64,000 nucleotides of DNA from an uncultured Desulfarculus sp. (GCA_963665125.2 CAXXUK010000001.1:3520001-3584000), one strand, 5' to 3'. Counted from the first letter of the stretch, positions 9,563-18,762 are shown. The notes: a model not told the origin generated them from the letters alone. Numbers and translations are program-made.

Positions 9563-10522
9563 CTATACCTCGCCAAGCAGGCGGGCGGCGTTGCCGTAGA
9601 GCCACTTCTCCTTGACGCTTTCCTTCAAGGGCAGTTGGCGCACTCCATCGGCAAGCTGCTTGATGCTCTGGCCCATGAAGAGCCAGGTCGAACCAAAAAG
9701 AACCTTGTCCTGGATCACCGAGTTGCCCAGATTCAGCAGGGGCTCCCAGCCGCTGCCGGGCATGGCCAGATACTTGGGCAGATACGATGCGATATCCAGG
9801 TAAACGTTGGGGTTGCGCCAGGCCACGGCGCACATCTCGGCCACCCAGGGCCAGCCGCCGTGCCCGGCGATTATCTTCAGCTCCGGGAAATCCTGGGCCA
9901 CGATATCCAGGTAGGTGGGCCTTTCCACCTCCATGTTGTTGGTGGAGTAGTTGATGGACAGATGAAACCAGATGGGTATGCCCAGCTCCACGCAGGTGCT
10001 GTAGATGGGGTACATCTTGGCGTGGGTGGGCGGCATGCCCACGATGAACGGCCGCACGGCCACACCCCGCAGGCCCATGTCATAGCAGCGGCGGATCTCG
10101 CGCACCGCGTCCATGCCCTTGAGGGGGTCTATGCCCGCGAAGCCCACCAGGCGCTCCGGATAGGCCGCCACCAACTCGGCGTGGTAGTCGTTGGGCAGCC
10201 CCTTGATGCCGCCGGCGGTTTGCTCGTCCAGGTTGAAGATGACCGCCTTTTCCACGTCCATCTCGTCCATCTGCTCGATGAACGCGGCGGGTTTCATGGT
10301 TATGTGCTTGACCAGGGGGGCCAGCCTGCCGCGCAAGGCGTCCTGGTCAAGGGTGGTTTTCATTTGGTACAGCTCATCGGCGCTGATGCCCAATAGCGGC
10401 GCCACCCTGGGCCCGAAGACATCGCGCAGGTACACGGCCATCTGGGGCGGCAGCGAGGCCACCATGTCCACCATGACCTCGGGCGTGGGCATGTAGCAAA
10501 GGGCGTCGATTATGCGTCCCAC
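9563..10522 (-). CDS. Amidohydrolase_2 family metal-dependent hydrolase
   Basis: RLVGFAGIDP, IPIWFH, IIAGHGGWPW, NVYLDIA and VLFGS motifs. GTG start overlaps the upstream TAG stop. Confidence 0.85.
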   Translation of the reverse strand: MGRIIDALCYMPTPEVMVDMVASLPPQMAVYLRDVFGPRVAPLLGISADELYQMKTTLDQDALRGRLAPLVKHITMKPAAFIEQMDEMDVEKAVIFNLDEQTAGGIKGLPNDYHAELVAAYPERLVGFAGIDPLKGMDAVREIRRCYDMGLRGVAVRPFIVGMPPTHAKMYPIYSTCVELGIPIWFHLSINYSTNNMEVERPTYLDIVAQDFPELKIIAGHGGWPWVAEMCAVAWRNPNVYLDIASYLPKYLAMPGSGWEPLLNLGNSVIQDKVLFGSTWLFMGQSIKQLADGVRQLPLKESVKEKWLYGNAARLLGEV

Positions 10523-12177
10523 TACTTGGCTACCTCCGCGTCACGTTCGCGCAGCACCCGCCGCAGCAACTTGCCGGTCTGGTTCTTGGGCAGTTCGCCG
10601 ATGAACTCAACCAGCTTGGGGGCCTTGTAGGCGGCCATCTTTTGCTTGCAAAAGGCCAGGATCTCCTGTTCGGAGACCTGGGCGTCGGGCTTGGGCACGA
10701 TAAAGGCCTTTACCGTCTCGCCGCGATAATCGTCGGGCACGCCCACAACCGCGGCCTCCAGCACGGCCGGATGCTGGTAGAGATAATTTTCCACTTCGGC
10801 CGGGGCGATGTTGTAGCCCGAGGCCACGATGAGGTCCTTGATCCGCTCCACAAAGAACAAGAAGCCGTCTTCGTCCATGTATCCGGCGTCGCCGGTGTAC
10901 CACCAGCCGTCATTTGTAAAGAGCTTGGCCGTCTCCTCGGGGTTTTGCCAATAGCCCTTGACGATGCCCTCGCCGCGCAGCACGAATTCGCCCTGCTGGC
11001 CCCGGGGCACGATGTTGCCCTCCATGTCGACGATCTTCAGTTCGCCGGTGCACACGCCCAGGGTTCCGCAGCCGGGCTTGTTTTTGTTGACCAGCTCCAC
11101 CGCGCCCGGCCCGCAGGCCGTTGATTCGGTGCAGCCGTAACCGGCGTAGAGGTAGGTGCCGACCTTTTCCCGCCACTGGTCCTGCAGGGCCGGGGGCACC
11201 GGCGCGCCGCTGGCCAGGGTGCGGCTGAGGCTCGACAGGTCGTATTCGCCGAATTTCGGGTGGTTCAACAGGCCGATATAGGCCGTGGGTGGGGCAAAGC
11301 CGAAGGTCAGTTTGAAGCGTTGGATCGTGTCCAGCATGTCTTCGGGGTCAAACATGGGAATGGGCGCGCAGGTGGCCCCGGCCATGATCGCGGGCATCAG
11401 GATCAGGGCCTGGCCGCCCACGTGGAACAGGGGGAACAGCAGGTAGAGCCTGTCCTTGTCCGTGACGGTCAGGCCGTCCACCACCAGACCGGCCGAGAAG
11501 TTGTAGTTGCAGTGGGTGATCATGGCGCCCTTGGGGAAACCGGTGGTGCCCGAGGTGTAGAGCAGGCAGGCCAGATCGTTTTCCGCGTCTATTTCCGGCT
11601 GGGGAACCGGCCCCTGATCCGCGTTGATTATCTCCATGAAATCCACCGCGCCTTCGGTCTCCTGCTTGGGCAGGGACAATAGCGGCGGAATCTTGGCCGT
11701 TGGCTCGCTGAAGTCCGTGGCGTGGATGGACACGACCTTGAGCATGCCCAGCTCCTTGGCAATGGGCATGACCATGGGCGCCAGCAGGTCCAGGCAGAAG
11801 ATGGCCTTGGCCCCGGACTGCTTGCAGATGTAGTTCACCTCCTGGTCCTTGAGCATGGCGTTGAACGGCACCATGGTGCAGCCCGCCTTGAGGATGCCGT
11901 AGATGGCGATGACGTGCTGGGTGCAGTTGGGCAGCATGGTGGCCACCCGGTCCCCCTTTTTCAAACCCAAAGAGGCCAGATAGGCGGCCACCCGGTCGCT
12001 GTATAGATCAAGGTCCGCGTAACTGGTGACATGGTGCAGGAAGATCAGGGCTTCCTTTGCCGGAGCGGCGGCGGCGGTCCTGCGCAGGAATTCATACACC
12101 GGAATTTTCTCGGTCTCCCGAACGGGTTTGGCCCCCCAGGTCTGGTCGTATTTTTGGTAAGAGAGATTGGCCGACAT
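10522..12177 (-). CDS. Long-chain-fatty-acid-CoA ligase-like adenylating enzyme
   Basis: YTSGTTGFPKG, GYGCTE, YTGDAG and GKLLRR motifs. ATG 12177 follows an AGGGG RBS. Confidence 0.9.
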   Translation of the reverse strand: MSANLSYQKYDQTWGAKPVRETEKIPVYEFLRRTAAAAPAKEALIFLHHVTSYADLDLYSDRVAAYLASLGLKKGDRVATMLPNCTQHVIAIYGILKAGCTMVPFNAMLKDQEVNYICKQSGAKAIFCLDLLAPMVMPIAKELGMLKVVSIHATDFSEPTAKIPPLLSLPKQETEGAVDFMEIINADQGPVPQPEIDAENDLACLLYTSGTTGFPKGAMITHCNYNFSAGLVVDGLTVTDKDRLYLLFPLFHVGGQALILMPAIMAGATCAPIPMFDPEDMLDTIQRFKLTFGFAPPTAYIGLLNHPKFGEYDLSSLSRTLASGAPVPPALQDQWREKVGTYLYAGYGCTESTACGPGAVELVNKNKPGCGTLGVCTGELKIVDMEGNIVPRGQQGEFVLRGEGIVKGYWQNPEETAKLFTNDGWWYTGDAGYMDEDGFLFFVERIKDLIVASGYNIAPAEVENYLYQHPAVLEAAVVGVPDDYRGETVKAFIVPKPDAQVSEQEILAFCKQKMAAYKAPKLVEFIGELPKNQTGKLLRRVLRERDAEVAK

Positions 12178-12198
12178 CGATACACCCCTGATTAAAAA

Positions 12199-12254
12199 TG
12201 AAACAATGTTTTCTTTGATTATCATTTGTAAAACATTGTTTCAATTAATGTCAA
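12199..12254 (-). promoter_or_regulatory. Operon promoter with two palindromic AAACAWTGTTT operators
   Basis: TTGACA at 12254-12249 (minus). TGAAACAATGTTTT (12199-12212) and AAAACATTGTTTCA (12230-12243) are exact reverse complements. Confidence 0.7.
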
Positions 12255-12311
12255 CACAAAATCCCGCCCGCGTTGGTCGCAATGACCTAACCGACAATCA
12301 ACCCGATGGAA

Positions 12312-12941
12312 TTAAAGGAATATTTTTTCAGGAACCGGGAGGGAAACCGCTTTCCAGAACAGAGGGAAAAAGAAGTCCATAGTGTCGACAAGCTTCCATT
12401 TCCGGCCCCGGTAGTACCAGATGGAAACCTCCCGCTGCATGTGCATGAAAAAAAGGCCGGTTATCTGGGCGTCCTCGATGTCCGGGTCCAGCTCTCCCTT
12501 TTGACGGCCGTCGTTGGAGATGCGCTGGAGCATTTCGTGGACGTCATAGCGGGCGTAGGACTCGCGCTGCATCCAGGTGCGGGTGGGCACGGTGATGAAA
12601 AAGGTGATGGCCAGGCCGGGGTTACGGTCGTAGTAATCCATGGAGACCCAAAAGGCCTTGCGAAAACGCTCCCGGGTGCTCTCCAGGCCTTGGTCGTGCA
12701 TGACCGTCAAGGCCTTGAGTTCATCGATCTTTTCCTCAAGGATGTCCAGGATCATTTCTTCTTTTGAATGGAAATACTTGTAGATGGTGCCGGTGCTCAT
12801 GCCCGACGCCTTGCTGATGCCGCGGATGTTTACCTGGTGGAAGTCGTTCTGGGCGAAAAAGTCCAGGACTATGGGGTAAAGCCGGTCTTTTATTTTTTGT
12901 GGTATCTCTGGGCGTTGCACGGCGTTTTTATCTGTGAACAC
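12312..12941 (-). CDS. TetR/AcrR family transcriptional regulator
   Basis: N-terminal HTH: FAQNDFHQVNIRGISKASGMSTGTIYKYFHSKEEM. Confidence 0.92.
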   Translation of the reverse strand: MFTDKNAVQRPEIPQKIKDRLYPIVLDFFAQNDFHQVNIRGISKASGMSTGTIYKYFHSKEEMILDILEEKIDELKALTVMHDQGLESTRERFRKAFWVSMDYYDRNPGLAITFFITVPTRTWMQRESYARYDVHEMLQRISNDGRQKGELDPDIEDAQITGLFFMHMQREVSIWYYRGRKWKLVDTMDFFFPLFWKAVSLPVPEKIFL

Positions 12942-12977
12942 GTTTTACCATCCGCGCTTACAATACGGGTATAAATT

Positions 12978-13021
12978 AAAACATTGTTTTTGATCGTAAG
13001 TCTGTGCTGTGGGCCTGTCAA
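12978..13021 (-). promoter_or_regulatory. tetR promoter with autoregulatory operator
   Basis: TTGACA (13021-13016), 17 bp, TACGAT (12998-12993). Palindrome AAAACA-T-TGTTTT at 12978-12990 covers the expected start site. Confidence 0.75.
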
Positions 13022-13242
13022 GACAAATGATTCAAGGGGTCTGGCCAGTTTTCACCTTGAGGGAACTTATATTATCAGTTGATTTTATTTGGCTTTTATA
13101 CTTGGAAAAGGCCGCAAGCAATGGATTCACTTAATACTTGAGGAAATCTATTTAACATGCTGTTATTACGTCATTAACACAAGGTGAAACCGGCTCGCAT
13201 TATCGGCAGTGAACTTGTTTGGGTATAGTGCCGTAACGGGCC

Positions 13243-14409
13243 TCCTGGAAAAGCTATTTTTACCTGGGGGAAGTGGGGCCCCCCTTTCGACAAAGGTGGT
13301 CCCCGGCTCCCCCCAGACCCCGCCTCCCCCCTCCAAATGACGTTGCTTCGAGTTGAGTCTGAGGTTCTCTGGGATCTGCCGGAATGTGTAGATATTCAGT
13401 GCGCGTTGGCGAATGAACGCACCCATCTCAGGCAGGATTACGCTATGAAATCGGCGTGTGGGTCGTGCCTGACGGTTGATGTGGGGCCGGTTGGCTAGGA
13501 CCATGCGCACCAGCAACACCACTACTTTACAGATAGGCTGGCCGACGGCCAGCCCGGCGCAGCGCGAAGCCATGCGCCGTGAGCCCCGGATCGGACTTGC
13601 TCCGTCCGGGGCGTTGTTCCTTTGCCCAAGGACGGGCGAAGGAACAAGAAAATAGCCGAGCCGACCCGGCGCGGCGCGAAGCCACGCGCCGTAAGCCCTG
13701 AATCGAATTTACTTCGTTCGGGGCGTTGCTCCTCGGGCCAGGGACGGGCCGAGGAACAGGAGATAGGCACCGGCGAACTTTTGATATTGCTCAAAAGCGA
13801 AGAATCCCCTCTGGCCGCCGGAGGCACAATGTCGGGGCAAAAGCACTTCATTTTTGCAACTCCGCGCCGATTCATGCTTCCTGGAAAGACCATTTTTACC
13901 TGGGGGAAGTGGGGACCCCCTTTCGACAAAGGTGGTCCCCGGCTCCCCCCAGACCCCGCCTCCCCCCTCCAAATGACGTTGCCTCGAGTTGAGTCTGAGG
14001 TTCTCTGGGATATGCAGGAATGTGTAGCTATTCAGTGCGCGTTGGCGTGTGGAAGCGATCGTCTCAGGCAGGATTACGCTATGAAATCGGCGTGTGGGTC
14101 GTGCCTGACGGTTGATGTGGGGCCGGTTGGCTAGGACCATGCGCACCAGCAACACCACTACTTTACAGATAGGCTGGCCATGGACGGCCAGCCCGGCGCA
14201 GCGCGAAGCCATGCGCCGTGAGCCCCGGATCGGACTTGCTCCGTCCGGGGCGTTGTTCCTTTGCCCAAGGACGGGCGAAGGAACAAGAAAATAGCCGAGC
14301 CAGCCCGGCGCGGCGCGATAGCTACGCGCCGTAAGCCCCGGATCCGGACTTGCTCCGTCCGGGGCGTTGTTCCTTTGCCCAAGTACGGGCGAAGGAACAA
14401 GAAAATAGC
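13243..14409. repeat. Tandem ~636-bp composite intergenic repeat containing four ~110-bp hairpin units
   Basis: 13243-~13770 is repeated at 13879-14409. Sub-units lie at 13548-13656, 13660-13767, 14187-14295 and 14299-14409. Confidence 0.95.
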
Positions 14410-14447
14410 AAAGGGCCCTCCGTGGTGGAGGACCCCGTCAGGCTGGT

Positions 14448-15221
14448 TTAGTTGCCCGCGCGCCTTAGCAGCTCATCGGCCATGGCCCCTACCTGGGCCT
14501 TGGCCTGGTCGGCCACCAGGGCCGGGCACTTGTTCTCCATGTCCGCCTCGATGATCTTGGGATCATAATCAATGAAGCCCAGGAACTCGAACTCGGGCAG
14601 GGACTTCTTCAGGTATTCCCGGTCGGTCTCGCTACGGGTCTTGCTGCCCACGATGAGGATGTTTTGCACGCCCAGATCGGCGGCCAGCTTCTTGATGGTG
14701 TGGGCCGTGTCCACGCTGCGGCGGCCGGGTTCGACCACAACCACCAGGAAATCCACGCCCCGGCTGGTGCCCCGGCCCAAATGCTCCAGGCCGGCCTCCA
14801 TGTCCAGGATCAGCACCTGCTTGGTGTTGAGCACCATGTGGGCCATCAACACCTTTAGCATGGTCGAGGCAGGGCAGATGCAGCCGCCGCCGCCCTTTTG
14901 CACGGTGCCCATGACCATCAGGCGCACGCCGTCATGCTCCATCGACAATTTTTCCGGCAAGTCATGCACGGTTGGATTCAGCTTGAAGAAAGTACCGAAG
15001 TTGTTGCCTTTACTTTCGGTTCTTTCATCGATCAGCGCCTTCATGTCGCTGACCGGCACCAGGTTTTTATAATCCGGGAAGCCCAGGGCCTGGCCCAGAT
15101 TGGCGTCCGGGTCGGCGTCCACTGCAAGGACTTCATGTCCCCGCTCGGCAAAGGCCCTGCTGAGCATTGCCGAGAATGTGGTCTTGCCCACGCCTCCCTT
15201 GCCGCTTACTGCAATCTTCAT
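14448..15221 (-). CDS. cooC: CooC/AcsF nickel-insertion ATPase for CO dehydrogenase / acetyl-CoA synthase
   Basis: GKGGVGKTT, DADPDANL, GGGGCICP and DMEAGLEHLGRGT motifs. Confidence 0.9.
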   Translation of the reverse strand: MKIAVSGKGGVGKTTFSAMLSRAFAERGHEVLAVDADPDANLGQALGFPDYKNLVPVSDMKALIDERTESKGNNFGTFFKLNPTVHDLPEKLSMEHDGVRLMVMGTVQKGGGGCICPASTMLKVLMAHMVLNTKQVLILDMEAGLEHLGRGTSRGVDFLVVVVEPGRRSVDTAHTIKKLAADLGVQNILIVGSKTRSETDREYLKKSLPEFEFLGFIDYDPKIIEADMENKCPALVADQAKAQVGAMADELLRRAGN

Positions 15222-15236
15222 GATTTTATATCCTTC

Positions 15237-15563
15237 CTAGCATCCGCAGCCGCTTGGGGTGTAACCCATGGGCGGCGTGGCATATATGGCCAGCAAGTGG
15301 TCAATGTCAACGTCACAGGAGACGCCTTTGGGGTGCTTGGCCTTGCAATCACCGTCGCGCCCGGCTCCGGTCATGGTTTTGACCAGGGGCAGGGTGAACG
15401 CGCCTTGTTGGATGGCCGCCACGATATCGGCCTTGGTCAGGCCGTGACAATAGCAGACCATCTCGTTATCCGGGGCGGTTTTCCAGTCCCTGGTTGCCGG
15501 GCCGATCCGTCCGTGGCCACCGCAGCCGCAGCCGCAGGAATGTTCATGTTCACCATGGCTCAT
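15237..15563 (-). CDS. BFD-like [2Fe-2S]-binding protein with His/Cys-rich termini
   Basis: VCYCHGLTKADI...TGAG...C...PKGVSC pattern; N-terminus HGEHEHSCGCGC; C-terminus GCGC. Confidence 0.75.
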   Translation of the reverse strand: MSHGEHEHSCGCGCGGHGRIGPATRDWKTAPDNEMVCYCHGLTKADIVAAIQQGAFTLPLVKTMTGAGRDGDCKAKHPKGVSCDVDIDHLLAIYATPPMGYTPSGCGC

Positions 15564-15628
15564 TAGCGCATCTCCATCTGGTAATCATTACTGAATAAAC
15601 TATAAGCACTGATCACCGGGTGTGCACG

Positions 15629-16255
15629 TCATTGGCGGCTGTAATATATGGCCATCATCTTGTAAATGGGCATTCCGGCGGCCCAGGCGATGTCCTCGGT
15701 GTTGAAATAATGTTCGATGGTTCTGTCGAAAAGCACATTGCCATCGGCCGGGAATTCATCGTCGCCTTCGTAGACAATGAGCATGATCGGAACATTGGGA
15801 AATGCCCGGATCACCGCCGAGGCGTCTCCGCTGTCGCCGGGGCCTTCGCCGCCCACCTCCGGGGCCAGTTCCGTAAGCAGCTTTGCATTTTCACCGCAAA
15901 GTTTCAACAGCGGGGCCTTGGCCCGTTTGACAAAGGCGCTCCAGTAAAACTCGCCGCTTTCCACCTCGCGGTAGGTGATCCACTCGCCGGAGGGCAGGGC
16001 GCCGTCGGCATTGGCCAGGTAGTGCAGGATCAGGGCCTGCTCGGCCAGGGGGATCTCCGGCCCGTCGTCGAGGTGCTCCACGGTCATGGGGTCCTTGGTC
16101 ACCTTGACCGGGCGGCCGTAGTATTTCATGGTCAGGGCCGCGCCGCCATCCACGCTCTCGGCTCCGGCTCGCTGGGCCAGATCCGCGAAATCCTGGTCAG
16201 TCAGCTTTTCAGCGGCGATATCAAAACTCATTTTATAGTCGTCCACCCGGGCCAT
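15629..16255 (-). CDS. DUF3786-family protein
   Basis: LILHYL, WITYRE, GDAS...FPNVPI and GDDEFPA...LFD...EDI pattern. Confidence 0.75.
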   Translation of the reverse strand: MARVDDYKMSFDIAAEKLTDQDFADLAQRAGAESVDGGAALTMKYYGRPVKVTKDPMTVEHLDDGPEIPLAEQALILHYLANADGALPSGEWITYREVESGEFYWSAFVKRAKAPLLKLCGENAKLLTELAPEVGGEGPGDSGDASAVIRAFPNVPIMLIVYEGDDEFPADGNVLFDRTIEHYFNTEDIAWAAGMPIYKMMAIYYSRQ

Positions 16256-16480
16256 GGGCAGCTCTCCTTGGTCTGAAATTATCGGAAAATGTGTGCTGAT
16301 ATGCTAATGCAGCATGCCGGACTTGTCGAGGGCAGCAGTCAAGCCCCGCCTAAAAAAGATTTTGTACAGGTTGGCTACCGAGTTGTTTGCCATATTTTAT
16401 ACACTTTATTGTCTATTTTATTATAACCATGCCACGACTCCGAACTTGCCCGAAGGGCACGATGCGGTAAGATAGAATCC

Positions 16481-17224
16481 ATGGCCAAGAAAAAGAAACA
16501 GGGGAAAAGTGCGAACAAAGCTCAAGGCGTCAAACCCAAGGCCTTCAACGCCCCGTTCGCCGAATTGCGTAAGACGCTTAAGCAGGCTGAAATGCGTCAA
16601 CAAGAGGCCATCGAACCCGCCCCGAAAGCGGCCGAAGACCTGCCCGACGACGCTTCCGAAGCGGCGTCTTTCACCAAGGCCATGGCCGGAGTCGCCCGGC
16701 TAGGCGATCAGGAGTCCCGGCATGTGAGCCTGGTGCCCGGCAACCCTCCGACCATCTATCTGCCGCCCGACGACGACCTGGAGGTCATGGCCCATCTTGC
16801 CGACCTGGTCTCCGGGGCGGCTGATTTTGACATGAAATATAGCCGCAGCTATTTGCAGGGCCGCCTGCCCGGCGTTGCCGACGACCTCATGGACAGCATG
16901 CGGCGGGGCCTGTTTCCCGTACAGGATCATTTGGACCTGCACGGCCTGGACCTTCAACAGGCCGAAAACGAGGTCCACGAATTCGTGGTCCGCTGCGTGA
17001 CCAGAGGCATGCGCCACGTGCTCATCGTCCACGGCAAGGGGCTCAGCTCCCCGGGCGGCGCTCCGGTCATCCGGCCCCAGATCCCCACCTGGCTCAGCCG
17101 CAAACGCATGCGCAAGTTTGTCCTGGCTTTTTGCACGGCCCTGGTCCGCGACGGCGGCGAAGGCGCGGTGTATGTGCTACTGCGCAAATGGGCCGGGCCG
17201 GGCAAGGGCCTTACCTTTATCTGA
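16481..17224 (+). CDS. Smr/MutS2-related endonuclease domain protein
   Basis: LDLHGL, VLIVHGKGLSS and DGGEGAVYVLLR motifs. Confidence 0.9.
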   Translation: MAKKKKQGKSANKAQGVKPKAFNAPFAELRKTLKQAEMRQQEAIEPAPKAAEDLPDDASEAASFTKAMAGVARLGDQESRHVSLVPGNPPTIYLPPDDDLEVMAHLADLVSGAADFDMKYSRSYLQGRLPGVADDLMDSMRRGLFPVQDHLDLHGLDLQQAENEVHEFVVRCVTRGMRHVLIVHGKGLSSPGGAPVIRPQIPTWLSRKRMRKFVLAFCTALVRDGGEGAVYVLLRKWAGPGKGLTFI

Positions 17225-17339
17225 CGCCCCATATCTCAATAGCCGCCCGACCTTGGCCAACCATATGACTTTTCCTTTGGGTATAATATTGAAGATATAT
17301 AGTCAAAGGCATACCCATGGACCCCACAGGAGCGCCGCA

Positions 17340-17773
17340 GTGAAGGCTTTTATTACAACTTTTAGTTTATTGGTGTTTTTTTCTTGCTTGCGCCCCTCAC
17401 GGCATCGGCCGATTCAAAGGCTGATTGTTCCGGACTCAAGATCACTCAATGCCTCTACATCCCACCCAATGATCAATACACGCACATGTATCACCTTACA
17501 TTTGGCCACGATTCGGGCCGGAGGGTGTCCAGGGTTAAGGACCGAACCTGGTCCCCGGCCCAGGGAATGGGATTTTCCTTTCAAAAACAAAAGGGGTTGG
17601 ACCAAAGCTTTTGTTCCGGATTCAAAATCGACAAATGCCTATACATTCCACCAAATGACCAATATCCTCACATGTGGCACCTCTGGATTGGTCATGATTC
17701 AGGCCGGGCTGTCTTCAGGGTGAAGGATCGAGTCTGGTCGCCTGCGCATGGTATCGGGTTTACCGTGCAATAA
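17340..17773 (+). pseudogene. Secreted two-repeat protein, frameshifted in a T7 tract within the signal peptide
   Basis: AGGAG RBS and GTG at 17340 give MKAFITTFSLLVFF. One extra T in 17376-17382 joins this to LLAPLTASA|DSKADC. The mature part is two ~60-aa repeats (CSGxKI..CLYIPPNDQY..GHDSGR..RVKDR.WSPA.G.GF). Confidence 0.7.
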
Positions 17774-17832
17774 ACATCACCAGCGGCCTTTGCTGTTTTC
17801 ACTTTTATCGCACGCATGAACCGGGTTTTAAC

Positions 17833-18255
17833 GTGGAAATTACACTGAGATACAACTGCGATGGCGTTGACTTTTCCATCGTTGCCGATACGCTGAAGAC
17901 GGTGGGCATGGCCCATCACGCCCCGGAAGTGCACAAAAAGGCCTTCGAAAACAGCCACACCACGGTATTCGCCTATGACGGCGGGCGGTTGGTGGGCTTT
18001 GGCCGGGCCATTTCCGACGACGCCTATCAGGCCGCCGTCTACGACTGCGCGGTGTGGCCCGAATATCAGGGCCAAGGCATCGGTGCCATGATCGTTAAGG
18101 CGATCCTGGAGCGGGTGTCCCACTGCAACGTGATCCTCTACGCGGCGGTGGGCAAGGAAGGCTTTTATCAAGAAATCGGCCTCAGCCGCATGAAGACCGG
18201 CATGGCCCGTTTCATGGACCAGAACAGTGCCCGGACCAAGGGCTTTATCGAATAG
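17833..18255 (+). CDS. GNAT family N-acetyltransferase
   Basis: LVGFGRAISD, VWPEYQGQGIG acetyl-CoA motif and GFY. Confidence 0.9.
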   Translation: MEITLRYNCDGVDFSIVADTLKTVGMAHHAPEVHKKAFENSHTTVFAYDGGRLVGFGRAISDDAYQAAVYDCAVWPEYQGQGIGAMIVKAILERVSHCNVILYAAVGKEGFYQEIGLSRMKTGMARFMDQNSARTKGFIE

Positions 18256-18414
18256 GCGGCGGAGTTAATCGCCCGGGATGCGCCGCGCAAATGGCCGGAC
18301 CAAGGCCACTCCTCTATCAATTTTCGCATCGTTATAGGAAAACACTTTTCATAACAAACACTTGCTCAACAAACACATATAGTGATAGGCTGTACCACTT
18401 TAAGGAGCTATATC

Positions 18415-18747
18415 ATGAAATCACTGCGAATTGCGCCATTGCTTTTAGCCCTGATTTTTATTTTTGTCGCCTCTGGGGCCTACGCTGAAAGCTATGGCAA
18501 CTATAATGATTGCTATCGAGGCTGCCCGCAGGGGGACAACTCTTGCAGCCGGTGCTGCTCTAAAAAGAAAGGGGATTGCCGTAGACTATGCGATGGCAAG
18601 GCAGCCGCCTGCCTTCAAGCCTGCGGCAGCAACCCCTCAAACGTGGTATGCAACGAAAACTGTTACCGGCTAATACACGAGTGCCTTGATAGGTGCGACA
18701 ACCAACCCATATATCTTATGGACTGCCCCGGCTGGTCCCACCCTTAG
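18415..18747 (+). CDS. Small secreted cysteine-rich protein (14 Cys, six CX3C motifs)
   Basis: AAGGAG RBS; Sec signal peptide MKSLRIAPLLLALIFIFVASGAYA; regular Cys spacing. Confidence 0.75.
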   Translation: MKSLRIAPLLLALIFIFVASGAYAESYGNYNDCYRGCPQGDNSCSRCCSKKKGDCRRLCDGKAAACLQACGSNPSNVVCNENCYRLIHECLDRCDNQPIYLMDCPGWSHP

Positions 18748-18762
18748 CACATATGGCAATGA

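Noticed and set aside
13243..14409. CRISPR array or coding ORFs in the repeat region
   Set aside because: Units are ~110 and ~636 bp with no unique spacers and no cas genes. The ORFs on both strands are translations of the repeats with no protein-like features.
15237..15563. Selenoprotein read-through in the BFD-like protein
   Set aside because: The stop is TAG, not TGA, and cooC starts immediately after.
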